Below are positions 7,825-14,516 of a DNA stretch of 16,195 bases, one piece after another. The position numbers were made by a program, and so were the translations under genes. Under the pieces are notes generated by a model. That model made no database searches. It worked only from the letters and a program-made list of their open reading frames with translations, and had not been told where the DNA came from. The DNA comes from a virus (lineage: Duplodnaviria; Heunggongvirae; Uroviricota; Caudoviricetes). The stretch is taken from IMG/VR virus record IMGVR_UViG_2537561991_000020; one strand, written 5' to 3'. Within the stretch, counting starts at the first letter, position 1; the number at the start of each line of letters is the position of its first letter.

Positions 7825-8770
7825 ACGCCCACTGGTTATAAACACACAGCTTGCGATGAAGATTGGCTTAAATGAAGCCATTGTGTTGCAGCAGTTGCAT
7901 TACTGGTTGAGAGATACCAGTTCCGGTATGGAATGTGACGGGGTTCGCTGGATTTATAACACAACAGAACAATGGCTGGAACAGTTCCCGTTCTGGTCAG
8001 AGTCAACGTTAAAACGCGCATTTGCAAGTCTGAAAACGCTGGGGCTTTTGCGTTGCGAAAAGCTCAACAAATCAAAGCGTGATATGACTAATTTTTACAC
8101 GATTAATTACGAGAGTGAGCTTTTAGATGGTGGCAAAGTGAGCGAATCCATCAGGTCAAAATGCGCCGCTCCATCGGGTCAAAATGACACGATGGAAGAG
8201 GTCAAAATGGCACGCTCCATTGGTTCAAAACGACCCAATGTCATCGGGTCAAAATGGCCTGATGATCTTACAGAGAATACAACAGAGATTACTACAGAGA
8301 ATAAAAACACTTCTCGTCCGGAAGCTTCGCAACCGGACCCGCAGACGGCTGAACAGGATTTTTTAACCCGACACCCTGACGCGGTTGTGTTCAGTGCGAA
8401 AAAACGCCAGTGGGGAAGTCAGGAAGATTTGGCGTGCGCACAGTGGATCTGGGGACGAATCGTGAGTCTTTACGAGCAGGCTGCCAGCGATGATGGCGAG
8501 ATCACGCGACCGAAAGAACCAAACTGGACCGCATGGGCCAATGACGTGCGCACAATGCGGATGCTGGATGGCAGAAGCCACAGACAAATTTGCGAAATGT
8601 TTGGTCGGGTACAGCGAGATCCATTCTGGGTAAAAAACATCATGAGCCCGTCAAAGCTTCGCGAAAAATGGGACGACCTGGTCATCCGCCTGGGGCGTTC
8701 ACCTGTACAGTGTTGTGTGAATCATATTTCTGAACCGGATACCGAAATTCCGCCTGGTTTCAGGGGATAA
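7805..8770 (+). CDS. Putative phage replication initiator (O-like), with internal iterons
   Basis: Long ORF after the cro/cII-like genes. The N-terminal region (ERPLVINTQLAMKIGLNEAIVLQQLHYWL) looks like a helix-turn-helix replisome-organizer domain. The gene contains direct repeats (iterons) as lambda O contains ori. Start is uncertain: ATG 7805 preferred, 7751 and 7763 possible. Confidence 0.6.
   Translation: MSLLFAERPLVINTQLAMKIGLNEAIVLQQLHYWLRDTSSGMECDGVRWIYNTTEQWLEQFPFWSESTLKRAFASLKTLGLLRCEKLNKSKRDMTNFYTINYESELLDGGKVSESIRSKCAAPSGQNDTMEEVKMARSIGSKRPNVIGSKWPDDLTENTTEITTENKNTSRPEASQPDPQTAEQDFLTRHPDAVVFSAKKRQWGSQEDLACAQWIWGRIVSLYEQAASDDGEITRPKEPNWTAWANDVRTMRMLDGRSHRQICEMFGRVQRDPFWVKNIMSPSKLREKWDDLVIRLGRSPVQCCVNHISEPDTEIPPGFRG
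8154..8256. repeat. Iteron array (candidate origin of replication): five ggtcaaaatg-type repeats at about 23-bp spacing
   Basis: ggtcaaaatg at 8154-8163, 8177-8186, 8200-8209 and 8247-8256, plus variant ggttcaaaacg at 8222-8232. Spacings are 23, 23, 22 and 25 bp. An AT-rich tract with three acagaga repeats follows (about 8257-8310). Confidence 0.55.
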
Positions 8771-8810
8771 GTGGTGATTTTAGGGCATAAAGTAATGTTC
8801 AGGAGGACTT

Positions 8811-9218
8811 ATGGCAAAAGTATTTACACAGGAAGAGCGGGAAAAAATTAAAGGACAGGTGGTGGAACTCGTGCGCCAGAGCGGTCGTGAGACGTTACGG
8901 CAACTGGAAGCTAAAACAGGTGCGACAAGATATCTGATGAGCGTTCTTGCCAGAGAGCTGGTTGCCAGTGGTGATGTATATCACTCTGGCTATGGGGTGT
9001 TCCCGTCAGAACGGGCTCGTAAGGACTGGCAAAACGCCCGCAAAAAACTCTCGAGGGCAAAGGTGAAGAAACCTGTTGTGGTTGATCCGGGCCTTATCTG
9101 GACATTACCCGACGGAGAAATACGCCGCTACGACAGGCGTATGAACATAATCTGTCGCGAGTGCCGGAAGAGCGAAGTTATGCAGCGTGTATTGGCGTTC
9201 TATCAGGGATATGCCTAG
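8811..9218 (+). CDS. Hypothetical protein (135 aa), possible HTH-containing
   Basis: ORF with a good ribosome-binding site (caggagga, then ATG at 8811). No confident homology recalled. Confidence 0.55.
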   Translation: MAKVFTQEEREKIKGQVVELVRQSGRETLRQLEAKTGATRYLMSVLARELVASGDVYHSGYGVFPSERARKDWQNARKKLSRAKVKKPVVVDPGLIWTLPDGEIRRYDRRMNIICRECRKSEVMQRVLAFYQGYA

Positions 9219-9264
9219 AATTGTCACAGGTAATGAAATTAAAGAGTATTGGTTCGGATATGAA

Positions 9265-9294
9265 TTGACATTTTCGCGGCACAGAGCTAAAAAT
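9265..9294 (+). promoter_or_regulatory. Candidate sigma70 promoter in the AT-rich leader upstream of the SIR2-like gene
   Basis: TTGACA at 9265-9270, 17-nt spacer, taaaaat at 9288-9294. It would give a roughly 290-nt leader to the ATG at 9587. Confidence 0.3.
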
Positions 9295-9586
9295 AGCCTA
9301 CTTGTTGGTTTTGTGTGAAAAGCAGACATTTTGAGGCTCAGGATTTGTTATCAAATAAGACCAATACTTATCTATATTAATACACATTAAATACTGTGCA
9401 ATACATTATTGCATTTTATTAGATAAGCGATATTTAGGGAAAAGAAAAGTCATAGAAAACAGGCCGCTATTTGTTGTTGGATTTTATAGGCTATATCTAG
9501 ATTATCTTGCCACTGCGGTCTCTGTTTACCTAACAGCTTGGGCTTCTTTGCATGCAAGTTTGTAATAACAAGAGTAATCAAACGGA

Positions 9587-10618
9587 ATGTCTATTAATCC
9601 TAAACTTAAGCGTATCGCGCGACGCTATCCAGCGTTATTCCAATATGAGTCCCCCTATATGGCAAGAAAATTAATAATATTCGGCAACGGTCTCGGTATG
9701 GCTTTAGATCCTGCTCACTTCTCCTTAGACAGAGCGTTGGAAGAAATTTGGCATCGCCCCAATTTTTTAAAAGATATCCACAAGCAACTTATCGAGCGTT
9801 GTCTTCAGCGGCAAGGTCCACCAGAAGGAGAACATGAGTTGGATACCCTTCACCAGGCTGTCACATATTGTAAAGCTCTTGCTCAAATTGGAGAGGGGAA
9901 CGTGCATTGGCTTACTGAAGATGGACTAAACTTCCCCAAAATTACCGCCACTTATATTCACAAAGTTGCAACCAGGTTGCATAATTACGATAAAGGTTTG
10001 CCACAAAGATTCGAAAATGCGCTTGTGGAGTTTGTAAAGAACACACACTCACATATCGCGACATTAAACTATGACAAATTATTATACAATTCATTCATAG
10101 ATAATGATATATTCAACGGGTATGATGGGGTTTTAGTTGATGGGATGCTAAGCCACGGATTTTCCTCTGCAGCGCTCGAACGGAAATACAATCGTAGGTT
10201 TGGTTATTATTTGCACTTGCATGGTTCACCACTATTTATTAATCAGCATGAAAATGTTTTAAAACTTTCACGCTCACAACTTACTCTTGACATAGATGAA
10301 CCTAGTGAGCATATAGTGTTAACTCATATAAAAAGAAAACCGTCAGTTATAGCAGCATCTAATGTTCTTTCTACGTACTGGGATTATTTGCAGTTTGCAT
10401 TATTTGAATCAGAAGAAATAATATTGTTTGGTTACTCTGGTCTCGATATTCACCTTAACCTGCTTATTCGACCTTACCTAACCTCTAAGCCTTTAAGAGT
10501 AATTGAGTGGAGCGGTGCTGGTGAACAAAACGCTCGTGAGATATATTGGAAAAACCAGTTGAGACGGGAAGTTACTGTAATTAGGTTGGATAACATCACT
10601 GATTTTATTGATTGGTAG
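9587..10618 (+). CDS. Standalone SIR2-like (SIR2_2-type) putative NAD+-hydrolase; candidate anti-phage defence cargo gene
   Basis: 343-aa ORF in a visibly AT-rich block. Four ordered motifs parallel Thoeris ThsA-type SIR2 domains: IIFGNGLGMALD (Gly-rich loop), TLNYDKLL (conserved Asn), YYLHLHGSP (catalytic His), IILFGYSGLD. Start codon is uncertain because the ribosome-binding site at 9587 is weak. Confidence 0.6.
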   Translation: MSINPKLKRIARRYPALFQYESPYMARKLIIFGNGLGMALDPAHFSLDRALEEIWHRPNFLKDIHKQLIERCLQRQGPPEGEHELDTLHQAVTYCKALAQIGEGNVHWLTEDGLNFPKITATYIHKVATRLHNYDKGLPQRFENALVEFVKNTHSHIATLNYDKLLYNSFIDNDIFNGYDGVLVDGMLSHGFSSAALERKYNRRFGYYLHLHGSPLFINQHENVLKLSRSQLTLDIDEPSEHIVLTHIKRKPSVIAASNVLSTYWDYLQFALFESEEIILFGYSGLDIHLNLLIRPYLTSKPLRVIEWSGAGEQNAREIYWKNQLRREVTVIRLDNITDFIDW

Positions 10619-10688
10619 CGCAATGCGAAGTTAAAGAGGCAGCCTCATATTTATCAGAGCTGGTGTACGTCCAATACAGGAGGTTATC

Positions 10689-10778
10689 GTGCTGGTTCTC
10701 AAATGCGCGCTGGCTATTGCGGCTGTAGTGGCAATTTATTGTCTTGCTATTGTTCTTATGGATCGCCTTTCTGATTGA
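10689..10778 (+). CDS. Putative 29-aa hydrophobic membrane peptide
   Basis: GTG at 10689 preceded by a consensus AGGAGG (10678-10683) with 5-nt spacing. Product VLVLKCALAIAAVVAIYCLAIVLMDRLSD is one predicted transmembrane helix; stop TGA at 10776-10778. Not in the ORF track because it is under 60 aa. Confidence 0.35.
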   Translation: MLVLKCALAIAAVVAIYCLAIVLMDRLSD

Positions 10779-10989
10779 TTTTATATTGGCGAGGTGACGG
10801 GAGTTAAGTAGAATTGCTGCGGGTGCTTGAGGCTGTCTGCCTCGGGCATGCCACCGTAAGGCAGACAGAGAAAAGCCCCAGTTAACATTACGCGTCCTGC
10901 AAGACGCTTAACATTAATCTGAGGCCCAATCTATGCTTCACAAACGTAGGTTAGCCTCTTACGCGCCGAAAGGCAAGGAGAAGCAGGCT

Positions 10990-11145
10990 ATGAAGCAGCA
11001 AAAGGCGATGTTAATCGCCCTGATCGTCATCTGTTTAACCGTCATAGTGACGGCACTGGTAACGAGGAAAGACCTCTGCGAGGTACGAATCCGAACCGGC
11101 CAGACGGAGGTCGCTGTCTTCACAGCTTACGAACCTGAGGAGTAA
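10990..11145 (+). CDS. hokD: Hok-family type I toxin HokD/RelF (51 aa)
   Basis: MKQQKAMLIALIVICLTVIVTALVTRKDLCEVRIRTGQTEVAVFTAYEPEE matches K-12 HokD as I recall it. Internal ATG at 10990; stem-loops typical of hok mRNA leaders lie upstream (10833-10868, 10882-10916). Confidence 0.85.
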   Translation: MKQQKAMLIALIVICLTVIVTALVTRKDLCEVRIRTGQTEVAVFTAYEPEE

Positions 11146-11213
11146 GAGACCAGGCGGGGGAGAAATCCCTCGCCACCGCTGATGTGTCAGGCATCCTCAA
11201 CGCACCCGCACTT

Positions 11214-11245
11214 AACCCGCTTCGGCGGGTTTTTGTTTTTATTTT
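11214..11245 (+). terminator. Rho-independent terminator after hokD
   Basis: Stem cccgc (11216-11220), loop ttcg, stem gcggg (11225-11229), followed by tttttgtttttatttt. Confidence 0.6.
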
Positions 11246-11361
11246 CAACGCATTTGAAGTTCTGGACGGTGTCGGAATAGAATCAAAAATACTTAAGTAG
11301 CGCGCAGGGATAAGAGGGATGGTCCCTTAAAGGGGAGAGCTAATTATCCGGAAGGATTCTG

Positions 11362-11613
11362 ATGATGAACATCGAAGAACTGCGTAAAATTTTTTGTGAA
11401 GATGGCCTCTATGCTGTGTGCGTTGAAAATGGAAATATTGTTAGTCATTACCGCATTGTGTGTTTGCGAAAGAATGGGGCTGCGTTAATTAATTTTGTGG
11501 ATGGTCGAGTGACAGACGGATTTATCTTGCGCGAAGGTGAGTTTGTCACTTCATTACAGGCACTGAAAGAGATCGGAATAAAAGCTGGCTTTTCTGCTTT
11601 TTCAGAAGAATAA
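11362..11613 (+). CDS. Hypothetical prophage protein (83 aa; Rem-like by size and position)
   Basis: ORF with ribosome-binding site ggaagga. Follows hokD as rem does in K-12 Qin, and K-12 Rem is also 83 aa as I recall; the sequence itself was not verified. Confidence 0.5.
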   Translation: MMNIEELRKIFCEDGLYAVCVENGNIVSHYRIVCLRKNGAALINFVDGRVTDGFILREGEFVTSLQALKEIGIKAGFSAFSEE

Positions 11614-11679
11614 ACTCATCTACAATCTTGCGCGGGGCTGAACTCCCGCTGAGTAACACCGTGCCGCCGGAGGAAACCG

Positions 11680-11958
11680 ATGGCACGCAACGCAAAATAT
11701 TACAATCATGATAATTCGACCGTTCTTGCCCACACGCACGAGCGGTATTCTCACGCATTTAAGTCAGACTGGTACCAGCATCCCCCATGCACTGAAGAAC
11801 AGGCCGAATGGCTCATTCAGTGTTACCGCAGGCGCGGATGCGAGGTTAAAAAAGCCCTTAGCCTCGACTACCGTCACTGGATAATCTCCGTCGGGCTTCC
11901 TTACTCCGAACGCCCACCGCGTCTGTCCCGCACATTCCAGCAACGCATCTGGAGGTAA
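11680..11958 (+). CDS. Hypothetical protein (92 aa)
   Basis: ORF whose stop abuts the GTG start of the following gene, suggesting translational coupling. No homology recalled. Confidence 0.5.
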   Translation: MARNAKYYNHDNSTVLAHTHERYSHAFKSDWYQHPPCTEEQAEWLIQCYRRRGCEVKKALSLDYRHWIISVGLPYSERPPRLSRTFQQRIWR

Positions 11959-11959
11959 C

Positions 11960-13009
11960 GTGCGGGTATTACTTCGACCTGTTCTGGTACCGGAACTCGG
12001 GCTGGTGGTCCTTAAGCCCGGTCGCGAATCACTGCCGGTTTTTCATTGCGGCAGGGTGCTGGTGGAGCCGGAACCGAAAAGCATGCGCGGTCTGCCGTCC
12101 GGAGTCGTCCCTGCCGTTCGCCAGCCGCTGGCGGAGGATAAATCATTACTGCCATTTTTCAGCGATGAGCGTGTGATTCGTGCTGCTGGCGGCGCTGGCG
12201 CACTGTCTGACTGGCTCCTGCGTCATGTCAAATCCTGCCAGTGGCCTCATGGTGACTACCATCACAGTGAAACCGTCATACATCGTTATGGTACCGGCGC
12301 AATGGTGTTGTGCTGGCACTGCGACAACCAGCTGCGCGACCAGACCTCCGAATCACTCGGGCAACTTGCTCACCAAAACCTGTCTGCATGGATGATTGAC
12401 GTCATACGCCATGCAATGAATGGCTCGCAGGAACGGGAATTATCGCTGGCTGAATTATCCTGGTGGGCGATCCGCAATCAGGTGGCGGACGCGCTACCGG
12501 AAGCGGTATTACGTCGTTCGCTGGGGTTGCGTGCGGAAAAAATCCGCTCAATGTACCGTGAAAGCGACATCGTACCGGGAGAGCAGACCGCCACCAGCAT
12601 ACTGAAACAGCGCACAAAAAATCTTGCGCCGCTGCCTCACGCCCACCAGCAACAGAACCCGCCACAGGAAAAGACGGTGGTCAGCATTGCTGTTGATCCG
12701 GAGTCTCCGGAATCTTTAATGAAGCGACCTAAACGTCGCCGTTGGGTAAATGAGAAATATACGCGCTGGGTAAAGACACAGCCGTGTGCGTGTTGTGGTA
12801 AGCCAGCCGACGATCCCCATCACCTGATTGGTCATGGTCAGGGCGGAATAGGGACAAAAGCCCACGATATTTTCACGCTACCGTTGTGCCGGGAGCATCA
12901 CAACGAACTTCATGCTGATCCGCTGGCATTTGAAGAAAAGCATGGTTCCCAGATTGATTTAATTTTTCGTTTTCTTGATCGCGCCTTTGCAACCGGCGTG
13001 CTCGGGTAA
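11960..13009 (+). CDS. DUF968-family protein (YdfU-like) with a C-terminal Cys/His-rich putative HNH-like motif
   Basis: 349-aa ORF with GTG start and a GGAGG ribosome-binding site (11951-11955). C-terminus CACCGKPADDPHHLIGHGQGGIGTKAHDIFTLPLCREHHNELH. Position between the rem-like gene and rusA matches ydfU in K-12 Qin. Confidence 0.65.
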   Translation: MRVLLRPVLVPELGLVVLKPGRESLPVFHCGRVLVEPEPKSMRGLPSGVVPAVRQPLAEDKSLLPFFSDERVIRAAGGAGALSDWLLRHVKSCQWPHGDYHHSETVIHRYGTGAMVLCWHCDNQLRDQTSESLGQLAHQNLSAWMIDVIRHAMNGSQERELSLAELSWWAIRNQVADALPEAVLRRSLGLRAEKIRSMYRESDIVPGEQTATSILKQRTKNLAPLPHAHQQQNPPQEKTVVSIAVDPESPESLMKRPKRRRWVNEKYTRWVKTQPCACCGKPADDPHHLIGHGQGGIGTKAHDIFTLPLCREHHNELHADPLAFEEKHGSQIDLIFRFLDRAFATGVLG

Positions 13010-13021
13010 AAGAGGTTACTG

Positions 13022-13381
13022 ATGCGTATAGAGTTTGTTTTGCCTTACCCGCCGACGGTGAACACCTACTGGCGACGTCGTGGCAGCACATATTTTGTGT
13101 CAAAAGCCGGTGAGCGTTATCGCCGGGATGTGGCACTTATTGTTCGCCAGCAGCGGCTGAAATTAAACCTGTCCGGAAGGCTGGCGATAAAGATTATTGC
13201 AGAGCCACCGGATAAGCGCCGCCGCGACCTGGACAATATCCTGAAGGCACCACTGGATGCGCTTACGCATGCCGGACTACTTATAGACGACGAGCAGTTT
13301 GATGAAATCAATATTGTGCGCGGTCAGCTCGTTTCTGGTGGGCGGCTGGGCGTGAAGATTTACAAAATTGAAAGTGAGTGA
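13022..13381 (+). CDS. rusA: RusA-family Holliday junction resolvase
   Basis: 119-aa ORF. YPPTVNTYWRRRG...AEPPDKRRRDLDNILKAPLDALTHAGLLIDDEQ parallels DLP12 RusA (...[23 protein letters not shown]...). Typical ninR-region location upstream of Q. Confidence 0.8.
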   Translation: MRIEFVLPYPPTVNTYWRRRGSTYFVSKAGERYRRDVALIVRQQRLKLNLSGRLAIKIIAEPPDKRRRDLDNILKAPLDALTHAGLLIDDEQFDEINIVRGQLVSGGRLGVKIYKIESE

Positions 13382-13944
13382 GCATAAATATGATATACCC
13401 GGAAATTACAGGCAAAAGCGGTGAGCATTTACGCCTGAAAACGCTGGAAAGTGTCTGGATCCAGGGGAAACTGCGTATGTGGGGGCGTTGGTCGTATATT
13501 GGCGACGGTAAGACGGGAAATATGTTCAACCAATTACTGACCTCTAAAAAGCTGACAAAAACGGCAATTAACGAGGCGCTCCGGAGGATGAAAAAAGCGG
13601 GTCTGGACAAACCTGAACTTGAGGCTTTTTTGCGGGATATGATCAACGGCAATCAAAAAAGCTGGCTGGCACATTGTACCGATTCAGAGGCGTTAATAAT
13701 CGACAGGGTTATTGGTGAAGTACTGGCAGGTTATCCCGGGCTGCTCAATGTTCTGAGTCAGCGTTATGTGGGGCGGGGGATGACTAAGCGCAAAATGGCT
13801 GAACTGCTGAATGATGCACATCCGGAATGGAGTTTAAGAACCTGTGAAAGACGCATTGAGCATTGGCTAAAGGTGGCAGAATTTATTTTGTACAAACCAA
13901 TGGTTATGGCTTTTGGTATAGAGAAAAAAGTTATTGCTTTTTGA
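13378..13944 (+). CDS. Putative late-gene antiterminator Q (QuuD-like family)
   Basis: Positioned after rusA and directly before a strong intrinsic terminator. Scattered motif similarity to QuuD-type Q proteins as I recall them (LESVW..W, LLTSKK, RRMKKAG, HCTDSEA). Start is ambiguous between GTG 13378 and ATG 13390. Confidence 0.55.
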   Translation: MSINMIYPEITGKSGEHLRLKTLESVWIQGKLRMWGRWSYIGDGKTGNMFNQLLTSKKLTKTAINEALRRMKKAGLDKPELEAFLRDMINGNQKSWLAHCTDSEALIIDRVIGEVLAGYPGLLNVLSQRYVGRGMTKRKMAELLNDAHPEWSLRTCERRIEHWLKVAEFILYKPMVMAFGIEKKVIAF

Positions 13945-14021
13945 CGTAAAAACTGCTTTAATTCCGGTAAGCTTCGCAAAGCTGTACCGCGAGGCGAATA
14001 GCAGACATGGACATTTGAAAG

Positions 14022-14046
14022 AGCCCGCTTTTTGCGGGTTTTTTTA
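14022..14046 (+). terminator. Rho-independent terminator about 80 nt downstream of Q (tR'-like)
   Basis: Stem cccgc (14024-14028), loop ttttt, stem gcggg (14034-14038), then a 7-T run. Confidence 0.6.
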
Positions 14047-14366
14047 TGACTGAAAAACGGCACGGGGCGTTAAACGCGCTGGTGGTTGCTAATACCGGTC
14101 TTTCAACTTGCTGGCTTTTTCGACAAGAGTTATTGGTATGTCACGTTAACCGGAAAATGGAAAAAGGCATGCTAAAACAGCAGGATATGACCGAAACCGC
14201 CAGAGTGGTGTTTAATGAATTAAGCGTCACCGAACCGGCGACCGCCGGGGAAATTGCGCAGAACACTTATCTTTCACGCGAACGCTGCCAGTTAATACTG
14301 ACCCAGCTTGTTATGGCGGGTCTGGCAGATTATCAGTTCGGTTGTTACAGACGCCTTCCTCAGTGA
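14046..14366 (+). CDS. Hypothetical small protein, possibly winged-helix-like; start uncertain
   Basis: 106-aa ORF whose first ATG overlaps the terminator T-run. Internal ATGs around 14157-14172 are alternative starts. Its stop lies within a terminator hairpin. Confidence 0.35.
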   Translation: MTEKRHGALNALVVANTGLSTCWLFRQELLVCHVNRKMEKGMLKQQDMTETARVVFNELSVTEPATAGEIAQNTYLSRERCQLILTQLVMAGLADYQFGCYRRLPQ

Positions 14367-14380
14367 AGGCTTTTTTATTT
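14353..14380 (+). terminator. Rho-independent terminator
   Basis: Stem gccttc (14353-14358), loop ctcagt, stem gaaggc (14365-14370), followed by ttttttattt. Confidence 0.45.
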
Positions 14381-14516
14381 GTGGTAATGGGCGGCTGGTG
14401 GGTGTTAGCGGCACCTGCCAGCCATCTGCTCATGCGTTGGGGTCACAAGCAAACCTCAGGCCCATCTGCTTTGCGCAAAAGCGGTATGAGCCTATCAGAG
14501 AAGTGCTTATTGATCT

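Noticed and set aside
8154-8256. Possibility that the regularly spaced repeats are a CRISPR array
   Set aside because: Repeats are only about 10 bp with about 13-bp spacers, lie inside a coding gene, and have no leader or cas genes; an iteron/origin interpretation fits better.
7470-8685. Minus-strand ORFs 7470..7760, 7654..7881, 7836..8027, 8363..8587, 8470..8685 and plus-strand 8184..8366
   Set aside because: Antisense or off-frame within the YdaT-like and replication initiator genes.
9105-9329. 74-aa minus-strand ORF at the 3' end of the 135-aa gene and into the AT-rich leader
   Set aside because: Mostly antisense to the upstream gene; its start lies in AT-rich non-coding sequence with no ribosome-binding site.
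12180-13311. ORFs 12180..12395 (+), 12402..12665 (-), 12420..12605 (+), 12873..13136 (-), 13117..13311 (-), 13308..13652 (-), 13764..14063 (-)
   Set aside because: Internal or antisense to the DUF968, rusA and Q-like genes; GC-rich off-frame artefacts.
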